DNA from: an uncultured Eubacteriales bacterium
Lineage (GTDB): Bacteria; Bacillota; Clostridia; Lachnospirales; Lachnospiraceae
Length of the DNA: 64,000 bases
Assembly (NCBI GenBank): GCA_900549105.1
Contig: URND01000002.1
Span: forward strand, 3,581 to 67,580
Direction of reading: 5' to 3'
Below, one piece after another: positions 22,591-32,916 of the stretch. The position numbers and the translations under genes were made by a program. Numbering within the stretch: position 1 is the first letter of the stretch; every line of letters starts with the position of its first letter. The notes below the pieces were generated by a model, which saw nothing but the letters and a program-made list of their open reading frames with translations, was not told where the DNA came from and ran no database searches.

Positions 22591-23538
22591 ATGGTTAAAT
22601 ATATTGTTAAACGCATCATCACTGTTTTTATTGTTTTATGGATGGTGGCAACTCTGACTTATTTTACGGTGCATGTGACACCGGGGGATACGGCGGCGGC
22701 CATTTTGTATTCCATTGGCGGGGAAAGTGCTGTCAGCAGTGAAAACCTTGAACATGTGCGGAACAAATATGATTTGAACCGGCCGGTGTATGAACAATAT
22801 TTTGAATGGGTGACTCGTGCCTTCCGGGGAGAACTGGGAACATCTTATAAATACAATAAGCCGGTGGCCTATATGCTGAAACTCCGGGTGCCGAACACGA
22901 TTCGCCTTGGGTTTGCGGCGGTGGCCTTATCGGTGGTTATCGCCATTCCCTTCGGTATTATCAGCGCTCTGCATCACAATCGTCTGCCGGACCACGTGGG
23001 GCGTTTATTTACTCTGTTAATATCTTCTTTTCCGGCTTTTTGGGTAGCTATTGTGCTGATTATTGTCTGCGCTTTGAAGCTCAAATTGCTCCCGGCGGGC
23101 GGTATGGAGGGGCCGCAGAGCATTATTCTTCCGGCGGTGACCCTGTCGATGGGGATGACGGCGGCGACAACCCGCATGATGCGCAGCAGCATGCTGGATG
23201 TGATGGGGCAGGATTACATATGGGTAGCGAGGACGAAGGGACTTCCATGGAATAAAATTATGACACGGCATATGCTCCGAAATGCGCTGCCTCCGATTAT
23301 TACAGTCATCGGGCTTCAGATTGGCCATATTCTCGGCGGGGCCGTTATCATTGAAAATATTTTTTCATGGCCAGGGGTTGGCGGTCTCCTGATTGACGCC
23401 ATCAATGCAAAGGATACGCCGATGATTGAGGGCTGTGTTTTGCTGATTGCCTTTGGGTATGCAGTGATAAATCTGATTGTGGATATCCTGTACGCATGTC
23501 TGAATCCGAAACTTAAATTGACCGGGGAGGATGGCTGA
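22591..23538 (+). CDS. ABC transporter permease (OppB/DppB-like)
   Basis: The EAA-like motif region 'ARTKGLPWNKIMTRHMLRNALPPII' is present, with six transmembrane helices. Confidence 0.85.
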   Translation: MVKYIVKRIITVFIVLWMVATLTYFTVHVTPGDTAAAILYSIGGESAVSSENLEHVRNKYDLNRPVYEQYFEWVTRAFRGELGTSYKYNKPVAYMLKLRVPNTIRLGFAAVALSVVIAIPFGIISALHHNRLPDHVGRLFTLLISSFPAFWVAIVLIIVCALKLKLLPAGGMEGPQSIILPAVTLSMGMTAATTRMMRSSMLDVMGQDYIWVARTKGLPWNKIMTRHMLRNALPPIITVIGLQIGHILGGAVIIENIFSWPGVGGLLIDAINAKDTPMIEGCVLLIAFGYAVINLIVDILYACLNPKLKLTGEDG

Positions 23539-24389
23539 TGCGAAAACAGAAGAAAAAAATAGTCAACAGAAAAAATTATATTCTGTACATCGGGGCCTTT
23601 TTATCGGTTTTTGTTTTGCTTGTTACGGTTTTCGGCCCGCTTTTTGAGCCTTATAATCCGACAAAGATGGAACTGTCCCAAAAATTTATCGCCCCATGCC
23701 GGGAATTTATTTTTGGAACGGACCATCTCGGAAGAGATATTTTCAGCCGGGTGATTGAGGGGGCAAGGGTTTCACTGGTTATTGCGGGCTGTGTTGTCCT
23801 TTTCAGCGCGGTACTCGGCGTGGCGCTTGGGATGATTTCCGGCTATGTGGGAGGCGCTGTGGACATGATTATCATGCGGGTGGTGGATGCACTGCTGGCA
23901 TTTCCGACAATTATTTTTGCCCTGGCCCTTTCAACCATGATGGGGACCGGTCAGACTAACCTGATTATTGCTATTACCTGTATCCAGTGGACGCGGTATG
24001 CCCGAATCGCGCGGGGTGAAACGCTGATGCTGAAAAATGCCGAATATGTGGAAGCGGCCAGAAGTATCGGCAATAATACGGCTCAGATTTTGGCGAAATA
24101 TATTTTCCCCAATGTGGTGTCAAAGATTATTATTCTTGCGTCGCTGGATATTGGAACGATTATCTTATACTGTGCATCTCTGAGCTTTTTGGGCCTGGGG
24201 GCCCAGCCGCCGTCCCCCGACTGGGGCGTTATGATCAGCGAGGGAAAGGATTACATACAGTATGCGCCGTGGCTGACACTGTTTCCGGGCTTAGCCATTG
24301 CTGTTTCGGCCCTGGCCTTTAATATGCTCGGCGACGGCCTGCGGGATTTGCTTGACCCGAGAATGAAGGAAGTAGTGAGGACGGATTAA
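23538..24389 (+). CDS. ABC transporter permease (OppC/DppC-like)
   Basis: It has the binding-protein-dependent permease fold and its start overlaps the upstream gene (ATGA). Confidence 0.85.
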   Translation: MRKQKKKIVNRKNYILYIGAFLSVFVLLVTVFGPLFEPYNPTKMELSQKFIAPCREFIFGTDHLGRDIFSRVIEGARVSLVIAGCVVLFSAVLGVALGMISGYVGGAVDMIIMRVVDALLAFPTIIFALALSTMMGTGQTNLIIAITCIQWTRYARIARGETLMLKNAEYVEAARSIGNNTAQILAKYIFPNVVSKIIILASLDIGTIILYCASLSFLGLGAQPPSPDWGVMISEGKDYIQYAPWLTLFPGLAIAVSALAFNMLGDGLRDLLDPRMKEVVRTD

Positions 24390-24390
24390 C

Positions 24391-25398
24391 ATGAAGAAAT
24401 TGTTGGAAATAAAAAATCTGGATGTGGGATTTCTGTCGGCCAATGCCTATGTGCAGGTGCTGAACCAGGTTTCACTGGATATTTATGAAAATGAAGTCCT
24501 TGCGGTTGTCGGAGAAACGGGATGCGGTAAATCGGTGACCGGGAGTACGGTGCTTCATCTTCTGCCTGAAAATGCCATTGTGCAAGGGGAGATTTATTAT
24601 GAAGGGCAGGAAATACTCGGGCTGACGGAGGAGGAATTTCGAAAATTCCGCGGCAGGGAAATCGCCGCCATACCGCAGAGCCCTTCAACTTCCCTGGACC
24701 CCATGATGGAGGTTGGGGAGCAGGTGGCTGAATGTGTGACGGGCGGCCGCCGTCGGAAAAAAGCGGAGCGGAAGAATATCCAATCAAGAGTGTGGGATAT
24801 TTTTTCCCGGCTGAGGCTTCCGGGAGACCGAAAAATCTGCCATGCCTATCCGTGTCAGCTCAGCGGCGGTATGAACCAGCGGGTTCTCATTTCCATGGGG
24901 GTGATTATGGAGCCTAGGCTTCTCATTGTGGATGAGCCGACCAAGGCAGTGGACTGGATTTTGAGAAAAGAAGTTGTCCGTGTACTCCGGCAGATGAAGG
25001 ATGATCTGAAGTGCTCGATGATGCTTATCACCCACGATTTTGGGGCCGCTTCTCAGATAGCGGACCGAATTGCCGTGATGTACTGCGGCCAGATTGTGGA
25101 AACGGGAAAAGCGGATGAGATTCTGAATCATCCGAGACATCCCTATACCAAAGGTTTAATTCAGGCGCTGCCATCCAGAGGCTTCCATGTGATGGAGGGA
25201 TTTATGCCGTCATTTTCAGAACTTCCGGAGGGCTGCCGTTTTGCGCCAAGATGTCCTCAGTGTTTGGAACGGTGTCGGCATCAGATTCCGGAAATATACA
25301 GGGATGAAACGGGGCGGCAGGTCCGCTGTCTTTTGTTTGAGGAGAGCAAAGGGGCCTATCGGAGTCCCTGTCTTGAGGAGGCGGTGTTTCATGCTTGA
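24391..25398 (+). CDS. ABC transporter ATP-binding protein (OppD/DppD-like)
   Basis: Walker A is 'GETGCGKS', the signature is 'LSGGMNQR', Walker B is 'LLIVDEPT', and there is a C-terminal oligopeptide-transporter extension. Confidence 0.85.
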   Translation: MKKLLEIKNLDVGFLSANAYVQVLNQVSLDIYENEVLAVVGETGCGKSVTGSTVLHLLPENAIVQGEIYYEGQEILGLTEEEFRKFRGREIAAIPQSPSTSLDPMMEVGEQVAECVTGGRRRKKAERKNIQSRVWDIFSRLRLPGDRKICHAYPCQLSGGMNQRVLISMGVIMEPRLLIVDEPTKAVDWILRKEVVRVLRQMKDDLKCSMMLITHDFGAASQIADRIAVMYCGQIVETGKADEILNHPRHPYTKGLIQALPSRGFHVMEGFMPSFSELPEGCRFAPRCPQCLERCRHQIPEIYRDETGRQVRCLLFEESKGAYRSPCLEEAVFHA

Positions 25399-26155
25399 AG
25401 TTTCACATTTGAGTAAAACCTATACCTCCGGTTTTTTCGGAAATAAAAAGGTAGATGCGGTGAAGGATGTTTCTTTTAAAATCAATGAGGGAGAAATTTT
25501 TGGGCTGATCGGGGAGAGCGGAAGCGGTAAAACGACCCTCACCCGCATGATTGGCGGCTTTTTGAAGCCGTCTTCGGGGGAGATTACTTTTGAAGGGAAA
25601 AATCTGATAAAGGCGCGGGCGAGGGAATGGCACGAACTGCGCCGTCAGATACAGTTTGTATTTCAGCATCCCCAGATGACCTTTCATCCCCGGAGAGATA
25701 TTTATTTTGCCTGCGCCGAGCCGATTCGGCTGTATCATCTGGACAGGCATATTACGGAAAAGGAAATGGTCCGCCATATGCTGCGGCGAGTTGGAATCCC
25801 GGAGGATCAGTGGCACAAATATCCCCATGAAATCAGCGGCGGTCAGGCTCAGAGAATCGCTATTGCCAGAGCTTTGTCCCTGAATCCAAAACTTTTAATC
25901 TGTGATGAGCCGACTTCCATGCTGGATGTTTCTGTTCAGGCACAGATTTTACGGCTCCTTTTGCGGGCCAATGAGAAATATCATGTGGCGATGCTTTTTA
26001 TCTCCCATGATTTGGATGTCATCCGGGCGGTCTGCCGACGGGTGGCTGTTATGCATCAGGGAGAGATTGTCGAAATGGGAACGGTGGAGGAAGTTTTTGG
26101 AAATCCCCGCCATGATTATACAAAAAAACTGCTTTCAGCCCACATGCAGGTATAA
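25391..26155 (+). CDS. ABC transporter ATP-binding protein (OppF/DppF-like)
   Basis: Walker A is 'GESGSGKTT', the signature is 'ISGGQAQR' and Walker B is 'LLICDEPTSMLD'. The start at MLEVSHL overlaps the stop of the upstream gene. Confidence 0.85.
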   Translation: MLEVSHLSKTYTSGFFGNKKVDAVKDVSFKINEGEIFGLIGESGSGKTTLTRMIGGFLKPSSGEITFEGKNLIKARAREWHELRRQIQFVFQHPQMTFHPRRDIYFACAEPIRLYHLDRHITEKEMVRHMLRRVGIPEDQWHKYPHEISGGQAQRIAIARALSLNPKLLICDEPTSMLDVSVQAQILRLLLRANEKYHVAMLFISHDLDVIRAVCRRVAVMHQGEIVEMGTVEEVFGNPRHDYTKKLLSAHMQV

Positions 26156-26323
26156 AGAAAACTTGTATATTTTTTGAAAAGTGGTAAAATAAAGTTGGTG
26201 TTAAGCAAGGTCGTTTGGTGGTTCGCGAGGGGCAGATTATCGAAGGGCTTTGTTTTTCGTGATATGATTTGGGACCGTGTGGCGGCGTGTCTCTTTAAAT
26301 AGATAAGGAAATGAGTACAAAAG

Positions 26324-29300
26324 ATGTTAAATGAAAAAATACTGAAAGAAGAACTTCTTGTTGGCGTGGATGTGGGCTCAACAACAACAAAAATTGTTGC
26401 GATTGATGAAAAAAGTAAGAATATTGTATTTTCAGATTATCGGAGACATAATGCGGCGCAGGTTCAAAGCGTATACTGTGCGGTGAATCAGTTGATTGAA
26501 CATTTTCCGGAGGCACGGGTGCGGCTGGCTTTGACCGGTTCCGGGGCAAAGCTGATTGCGGAAAGTCTGGATGTACCTTATATTCAGGAGGTCGTGGCAA
26601 ACTCAATTGCATTGAGAGAGCGTTATGATAATATCCGTACAGCCATAGAGCTTGGCGGGCAGGATGCAAAAATGATATTTTTCAGCCGGGATAGGGCGGA
26701 CAATTCCTTAAATGTGGCCGATATGCGCATGAACGGCAGTTGCGCCGGGGGAACAGGGGCCTTTATCGATGAGGTCGCATCTATTTTAAAGGTTCCGATT
26801 GAAGAATTTAATGAATTGGCGGCTCAGGGAACCTGTGTTTATGATATTTCCGGGCGGTGCGGCGTTTATGCGAAAACAGATATTCAGCCGCTGCTGAATC
26901 AGGGGGTGTCAAAACAGGATTTGGCCCTGTCCGCTTTTCATGCCATTGCGAAGCAGACCATCGGCGGCCTGGCCCAGGGGCTGGATATTGAGAAACCTGT
27001 TGTTTTTGAGGGCGGGCCTCTCACTTTTAATCCGACGCTGATTCGGGTATTTATCGAGCGGCTGAATCTGGCGCCGGATGAGGCGATTATTCCGGAGCGC
27101 CCGGAGATTATGATTGCCTATGGGGCGGCGCTTTCGCTGGACACAATGTTTTCCAAAGACAGCAGAGAAGTTTCTATACCGAATATATTAAAGCTTTTGA
27201 AGGAAAATCCTATTGCGGAGGCCAGTCAGGCGATGAATCAGGCCGAGCCCTTTTTTGCATCGGCGGAAGAAGAGAAATCTTTTTTGGAGCGGCATCGATT
27301 GCCGGAATGCAGTTTTAAAAAACCGGCTGCTGGTCAGACGGTTCACGCCTATCTGGGCATTGACTCGGGAAGCACGACAACAAAATTTGTTTTAATGGAT
27401 GAGGATGAAAATATTCTCGATTCTTTCTATGCGCCGAATGAGGGGAATCCTCTGGATGTGGCAAAAAGGGCGTTGATTGCTCTCAGAGACAGTTATCGGG
27501 AAGCCGGAGTCGGGCTGGATATACTGGCTGTGGGAACGACTGGCTATGGCGAGCTCCTTTTTGCGGAAGCCTTTGGCGCAGAGTGTCATGTGGTAGAGAC
27601 TGTGGCCCATGCCCGGGCGGCTGAGAAATATGTGGAAGATGCCACCTTTATTTTGGATATCGGCGGCCAGGATATGAAGGCTATCTGGCTGGACAGCGGT
27701 ATTATTACAAATATTGTTGTCAATGAGGCCTGTTCCTCAGGCTGCGGTTCCTTCCTTGAAAACTTTGCGGCATCCTTACATATTCCGGTGGAAGAAATTG
27801 CCGGAACAGCATTTTCCTCCAAAAATCCGGCGGCCCTTGGCAGCCGCTGTACCGTGTTTATGAACAGCAGTATTGTGACGGAGCAGCGCAACGGTAAATT
27901 ATCGGCGGATATTATGGCCGGGCTTTGCCGTTCAATTATAGAAAATGTATTTACGAAGGTTATTCGTATTTCCAATCTGGACTCCCTGGGCGATAAAATA
28001 GTCGTTCAGGGCGGCACCTTCCAAAATGATGCGGTGCTGAGAGCTATGGAGCAATATATTGGAAAAGAAGTTATTCGGTCGCCTTATCCGGGAATTATGG
28101 GGGCCATTGGCGTGGCATTGCTCACAAAAGAGAGGTTCAGCGCCGGGACACTGGAGAAATCTTTTATCGGTTTGGATGCCATGGATGATTTTTCTTACAC
28201 TCAGGAGTCGAATTTTCCGTGTCCGTTTTGCACGAATCACTGTAAGCGGACAATCGTCACCTTCTCCAATGGAAAATCCTGGGTAACGAATAACAGGTGC
28301 GAGCGGGGCGAGATTCTCGGTGACCCGCGGGAAGAGAATGTTAAGAAACAGCTTCAGGAAAAAATGCAGGCGGCGGAGGAGATTCCGAATCTTTTTAGGA
28401 CCCGGGAGGAACTTTTGTTTAAAGATTATCCGGCCCCGGAAATTATATCGGACCAGCAGATAACGATTGGTATACCGAGAGTATTGTCCTTTTGGGAGAC
28501 AATGCCTTTCTGGACAACCTTCTGGAAAGCCCTCGGATTTAAAGTGCGGCTGTCGGATAAGAGTACCCGCCGGATGTATGAAAACGGCTTGTCGGCAGTT
28601 ACTTCGGATACGGTATGTTTTCCGGCCAAACTGGTGCACGGGCATATACGAAATCTGGTGGAAAAAAAGGTTGACAGGATTTTTATGCCGTCCATCACAA
28701 CGGTAACTTCCGAGAATACGGAAAAGACAAGCGAATCCATGTGTGCGGTTGTGAAGGGGTATCCATATGTGATACGGAATTCGGATAACCCGCAGAAACG
28801 GTGGGGCGTGCCTTTCGATACGCCGCTCTTCCACTGGTATGGGGTGGTTGACCGGGACAGACAGTTAACCGAATATATGAAAGAAACTTTCCATATTCTG
28901 CCGGCACAGACAGCAGCGGCGATTAAGGCGGCGGATGCGGCCCAGGAAACATTTCACCGGGAGTTGAAGGAAGCGGGGCAGGCTGTGCTGGAAGAAGCGG
29001 AGCACCGCGGAACTTATGCGGTTGTTCTTGCATCCCGGCCGTATCAAAATGATGCTTTAGTCAATCATGATTTGCCGGCCATGTTTACCCGCTTGGGTAT
29101 TCCGGTGCTGACGGCGGATTCTTTGCCGGAACTGGAAAAAGTGGATTTGAGCAAAAGCCGTCTCGATGTGGTGAATAATTATCATGCCCGAATGCTCGGT
29201 TCGGCGATTATGGCGGCCCGGAGCCCTCATTTGGAGTATGTTCAGATTGTCAGCTTTGGCTGCGGCCATGATGCCTATCTTTCCGATGAGATTATTCGGA

Positions 29301-30700
29301 TGATGAAGGCTGTTTCGGGGAAAATCCCTCTCATATTAAAGCTGGATGAGAGTGATATTCAGGGGCCGCTGCGGATTCGTGTCCGTTCTTTCGTTGAAAC
29401 TGTCGCCATGCGGCGCGGTAAGAATGAAGAAATGCTTATCGAAGCATTGGAGGACCCTTATCCGGTGAAATTGACAAAAGAAAATATAAAAGAAAAGGTT
29501 GTTCTCGTACCGAATACATCCCATGCTTTCTGCCGGATTATGTCTGCGGCCCTCTGCGGCCAGCATGTAAAGGCCGTGCCGTTGGATATCGGGCGGGAAG
29601 AGGCAATCCGGCTCGGCAAACAATATGTTCACAATGATATTTGTTTCCCGGCCCAGATTGTTATCGGAGAAGCACTGGCAGCCCTTCGAAGCGGAAAATA
29701 TGATGCCGACGAGGCGGCTATCGGTATGGGCAAGTATATCGGCGACTGTCGTTTGACCCACTACAGCGCTTTATTGCGGAAGGCGCTGGATGATGCCGGA
29801 TACGCCAATGTGCCGATTTTGACCAATGATGATGAAGATTATCATAAATTACACCCGGGATTTCGGATGAACATCCTCTCGTCGCTGCGCATTGCCATAG
29901 CGCTGCCGATGATTGATGCGCTGGAGGAATTGCTGCGGAAAGTCCGGCCTTATGAATTGGAGCCGGGAAGCGCCAATGCCGCCTTTGAAAAGGGGATGGA
30001 TGCCCTTGTTGACGGCTTGCAAAAGCATGGCATCCGCGGCGCAAAACGGGGCTTTGCAAAAGCGATTGATATCATAAAAGAGGTTCGATATGACCGCACC
30101 TACCGCAGGCCGGAGGTTTTGATTGTTGGCGAGTATCTTTTGAACTTCCATCCGGGGGCAAATCATGATATCGAGGATTATCTGGAGCGGAACGGATTTG
30201 AGATTATCGAAGCCCGGATGACCGATGTTATCCGAAAGATTTACTTTGTTTTAGATTCCCAGATTCGGGAATACCATTTGAAACGCCCGCTTGGGAAAAA
30301 GATTTGGTTCCATACGGCCAACGAATTTTTTGAGTTTGCCCATAATATAACGGATTCCATAGCTAAAAGACATCCGTTATATACGCCGGCCTGCCGTCTG
30401 CCGGATTTGGTTAAGGGCAGCGATCCAATCATGCATCATACCTTTGATGCGGGCGAAGGCGTATTGATTCCGGGGGAAATCCTTCATCATGCCAAACACG
30501 GCTGCCGGAATTTCGTTATTTTGCAGCCTTTCGGCTGCCTGCCAAACCATGTTTTCGGCCGGGGCGTGGCTAAACGGCTGAAAGAAATTTACCCGGATGC
30601 TCAGATTTTACCGTTGGATTATGACCCGGATGTGAGCTTTGCCAATCTGGAAAATCGATTGCAGATGCTCATTATGAATGCAAAAACAGCAGAGGAATAG
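26324..30700 (+). CDS. large fusion protein: two BadF/BadG/BcrA/BcrD (HgdC-like) activase ATPase domains plus a 2-hydroxyacyl-CoA-dehydratase-like (DUF2229/HgdB-like) C-terminal region
   Basis: The acetate/sugar-kinase-fold ATPase N-terminus 'VGVDVGSTTTKIV' recurs at about residue 345 as 'LGIDSGSTTTKFV'. There is a Cys cluster 'CPFCTNHCKRT...CERG'. The 1458-aa length matches the 'CoA-substrate-specific enzyme activase' fusions common in Clostridia. Confidence 0.7.
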   Translation: MLNEKILKEELLVGVDVGSTTTKIVAIDEKSKNIVFSDYRRHNAAQVQSVYCAVNQLIEHFPEARVRLALTGSGAKLIAESLDVPYIQEVVANSIALRERYDNIRTAIELGGQDAKMIFFSRDRADNSLNVADMRMNGSCAGGTGAFIDEVASILKVPIEEFNELAAQGTCVYDISGRCGVYAKTDIQPLLNQGVSKQDLALSAFHAIAKQTIGGLAQGLDIEKPVVFEGGPLTFNPTLIRVFIERLNLAPDEAIIPERPEIMIAYGAALSLDTMFSKDSREVSIPNILKLLKENPIAEASQAMNQAEPFFASAEEEKSFLERHRLPECSFKKPAAGQTVHAYLGIDSGSTTTKFVLMDEDENILDSFYAPNEGNPLDVAKRALIALRDSYREAGVGLDILAVGTTGYGELLFAEAFGAECHVVETVAHARAAEKYVEDATFILDIGGQDMKAIWLDSGIITNIVVNEACSSGCGSFLENFAASLHIPVEEIAGTAFSSKNPAALGSRCTVFMNSSIVTEQRNGKLSADIMAGLCRSIIENVFTKVIRISNLDSLGDKIVVQGGTFQNDAVLRAMEQYIGKEVIRSPYPGIMGAIGVALLTKERFSAGTLEKSFIGLDAMDDFSYTQESNFPCPFCTNHCKRTIVTFSNGKSWVTNNRCERGEILGDPREENVKKQLQEKMQAAEEIPNLFRTREELLFKDYPAPEIISDQQITIGIPRVLSFWETMPFWTTFWKALGFKVRLSDKSTRRMYENGLSAVTSDTVCFPAKLVHGHIRNLVEKKVDRIFMPSITTVTSENTEKTSESMCAVVKGYPYVIRNSDNPQKRWGVPFDTPLFHWYGVVDRDRQLTEYMKETFHILPAQTAAAIKAADAAQETFHRELKEAGQAVLEEAEHRGTYAVVLASRPYQNDALVNHDLPAMFTRLGIPVLTADSLPELEKVDLSKSRLDVVNNYHARMLGSAIMAARSPHLEYVQIVSFGCGHDAYLSDEIIRMMKAVSGKIPLILKLDESDIQGPLRIRVRSFVETVAMRRGKNEEMLIEALEDPYPVKLTKENIKEKVVLVPNTSHAFCRIMSAALCGQHVKAVPLDIGREEAIRLGKQYVHNDICFPAQIVIGEALAALRSGKYDADEAAIGMGKYIGDCRLTHYSALLRKALDDAGYANVPILTNDDEDYHKLHPGFRMNILSSLRIAIALPMIDALEELLRKVRPYELEPGSANAAFEKGMDALVDGLQKHGIRGAKRGFAKAIDIIKEVRYDRTYRRPEVLIVGEYLLNFHPGANHDIEDYLERNGFEIIEARMTDVIRKIYFVLDSQIREYHLKRPLGKKIWFHTANEFFEFAHNITDSIAKRHPLYTPACRLPDLVKGSDPIMHHTFDAGEGVLIPGEILHHAKHGCRNFVILQPFGCLPNHVFGRGVAKRLKEIYPDAQILPLDYDPDVSFANLENRLQMLIMNAKTAEE

Positions 30701-30714
30701 CGGAGGAAAAAACA

Positions 30715-31593
30715 ATGTATGAATTAGTACAGGTATCGGAAAACAGCTATTATATAGAAAGTCCTGCCAAAATAGGACTTGTGAAACTGGGCGGTGATGA
30801 AGTCTGCCTGATTGACAGTGGAAATGATAAGGATGCCGGGCGGAAAATCCGGAAGATTCTCGATGCCAACGGTTGGAAACTGACAGCCATATATAATACC
30901 CATTCCAATGCGGACCACATTGGCGGAAACAAGTATCTTCAGGGGCAGACCGGCTGCAAAATTTATGCGCCGGGGACGGAGTGCGATTTCACCAATCATA
31001 CGGTGCTGGAACCATCATTTTTATATGGCGGTTATCCGTGTAAAGACCTCCGGCATAAATTTCTGATGGCCCAGGGAAGCAATGCCGAATATCTGACAAA
31101 GGATGTTTTGCCGAAGGGTTTTTCGATGATTGAACTGCCGGGACATTTCCTGGATATGGTGGGATTTCGAACGCCGGATGATGTGGTTTATCTGGCAGAC
31201 TGCCTGTCGAGCAGGGAAACTCTGGATAAATACCAGATTGGTTTTATCTATGATGTGGGCGCTTATATAAAGACCCTTGAGATGGTAAAAACATTAAAGG
31301 CGAAAATATTCATTCCGGCCCACGCGGCGGCTGCGGAGGATATTTCTGAGCTGGCCCAGTACAATATAGATAAGGTTTATGAGATAGGGGAAAAAATCAT
31401 CGAACTCTGCAAAGAACCGCTTTCCTTTGAAGTGATTTTACAGAAATTGTTTATCGAATATGGACTGGAAATGAACTTTGAACAGTATGTGCTTGTCGGA
31501 AGTACGGTGCGTTCCTATCTTTCATGGTTAAAGGATACGGGAAAATTGAATACCGAATTTGTTCATAATATGCTGCTTTGGCAACAGGTTTAA
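30715..31593 (+). CDS. MBL-fold metallo-hydrolase
   Basis: 'IYNTHSNADHIGG' is an HxHxDH-like metal-binding motif, and the protein has a beta-lactamase-like fold. Confidence 0.65.
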   Translation: MYELVQVSENSYYIESPAKIGLVKLGGDEVCLIDSGNDKDAGRKIRKILDANGWKLTAIYNTHSNADHIGGNKYLQGQTGCKIYAPGTECDFTNHTVLEPSFLYGGYPCKDLRHKFLMAQGSNAEYLTKDVLPKGFSMIELPGHFLDMVGFRTPDDVVYLADCLSSRETLDKYQIGFIYDVGAYIKTLEMVKTLKAKIFIPAHAAAAEDISELAQYNIDKVYEIGEKIIELCKEPLSFEVILQKLFIEYGLEMNFEQYVLVGSTVRSYLSWLKDTGKLNTEFVHNMLLWQQV

Positions 31594-31707
31594 AGCAGGA
31601 GAATCATTAGAGGGCGACAGTCAATAAGGCTGCCGTCCTTTTTTGCGTATATTTGGAAAAAGATATGCACATACTAGCTCTAAATAAGAGGAAGGCAGGA
31701 AAAGAAT

Positions 31708-32916
31708 ATGAAGGACAGGGCTTATTTTGAAATCCGCCTGGAAAGTCTCGGCGGTTTGGGGGCAAACCTGTGCGGGAAAATGCTTGGCGAACTGGGGGTG
31801 AAATACCTCGGCCTGAACGGGGCGGCATTTTCCAGTTACGGCTCGGAAAAACGGGGCTCACCCGTCAGTTCATTTATACGGTGGTGTGAGGGCGATAAAG
31901 AAATATTGATTAACAGCCCGGTGCGGGAACCGGACATTCTCGGCATCTTTCAGGAAAATATTTTGTTAAAGTATCCATGGCCGGATATTTTGGAGATGCC
32001 CCGGAAAATCGTTGTCAATACCCGGAAGGACGGCGATGCGCTGGCAGAAAGTTATCCATGGCTTTCCGGCCATATTTATTATCTTGACGGCATCGCCATT
32101 GCCATGCAGACAAAAAGTCGTATGAATATGATTATGCTTGGCGCCATGATGAAAGCGCTGGAGGATGAAGATATTATAAGCGGACAAAGCCTGGGGAGCG
32201 GACAGAATCAGGAAAGCGGGACGAATCAGGAAAGCGGGACGAATCAGGAAAGCGGGACGAATCAGGAAAGTGGGATGAGTCGGGGGAGTGAGCAGAATCG
32301 GATGGTCAGGGATTTTCTGGCCTGCGGAAGGCAGTTGATTGAAGAGACCGTCGGCAAAAAATATCCTGACCTTCTGGAAATCAATTTAAATGGATTTATG
32401 GCCGGACATGCCATGGTTCAGCATTTTCACAGAAAGACAGAGGAAAAAAGGATTTCGGAGCCCCGGCAGGAAAAGCTTGTCTGGGGTTATGAAAATGCAC
32501 CCATTGGCGGTGCAAATCCTCTGGCCGGAAGTATGGCATCCAATGATTTATCGGCATCGCGGAGCGGTTATCTGCCCCTGTTTGATGCGTCCAAATGTAT
32601 TCACTGCGGTCTTTGCGATTCGACTTGTCCCGATATGGTGTTCCAGTTTAAACGGGGAACTTATAAAGGAAAAGAACAGATGATGAATCAGGGGCTGGAT
32701 TATCACTACTGCAAAGGCTGCCTCCGGTGTGTTGCCGTCTGTCCGGTGAATGCACTTGTCGCCGGTGTGGAAGCAGAACATCCGGCGCCTCAGTGGTTTG
32801 TGCCGGATAAGGATTTGACAGCTTCGAACATGCATTGGACCCAGAAGGCTTCGGATGGATGGATTACCGGGGAAAGTTATATGAGTGAACGCCGGAATGA
32901 CGGAGGTGTCAGATAA
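31708..32916 (+). CDS. 2-oxoacid:ferredoxin oxidoreductase gamma subunit fused to the delta (2x[4Fe-4S] ferredoxin) subunit, with a repetitive linker
   Basis: The PorG-like N-terminus is 'FEIRLESLGGLGANLCGKML'. The C-terminal cluster motifs are 'CIHCGLCDSTCP' and 'CKGCLRCVAVCP'. The linker contains (NQESGT)x4. Confidence 0.75.
   Translation: MKDRAYFEIRLESLGGLGANLCGKMLGELGVKYLGLNGAAFSSYGSEKRGSPVSSFIRWCEGDKEILINSPVREPDILGIFQENILLKYPWPDILEMPRKIVVNTRKDGDALAESYPWLSGHIYYLDGIAIAMQTKSRMNMIMLGAMMKALEDEDIISGQSLGSGQNQESGTNQESGTNQESGTNQESGMSRGSEQNRMVRDFLACGRQLIEETVGKKYPDLLEINLNGFMAGHAMVQHFHRKTEEKRISEPRQEKLVWGYENAPIGGANPLAGSMASNDLSASRSGYLPLFDASKCIHCGLCDSTCPDMVFQFKRGTYKGKEQMMNQGLDYHYCKGCLRCVAVCPVNALVAGVEAEHPAPQWFVPDKDLTASNMHWTQKASDGWITGESYMSERRNDGGVR
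32205..32276 (+). repeat. in-frame 18-bp tandem repeat (4 units, gaatcaggaaagcgggac) in the PorGD linker
   Basis: Three perfect units and one degenerate unit are directly visible. They encode NQESGT repeats. Confidence 0.9.

Noticed and set aside
27932-28834. 300-aa antisense ORF inside the 1458-aa activase/dehydratase-like gene. Similar long antisense ORFs occur at 33624..34424, 10253..11272, 57775..58515, 60095..60706 and 36455..37132.
   Set aside because: Each lies entirely within a strongly supported gene on the other strand. Their sequences are low-complexity and Arg/Pro/His-rich with no recognisable motifs, as expected for spurious reverse-strand frames in a GC-moderate genome.
31607-31861. 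84-aa minus-strand ORF, plus a weak hairpin with T-tract (31612-31645) after the MBL hydrolase gene
   Set aside because: The ORF overlaps the start of the oxidoreductase gamma-delta gene and is Pro/Arg-rich noise. The hairpin has mismatches, so I did not call a terminator with confidence.
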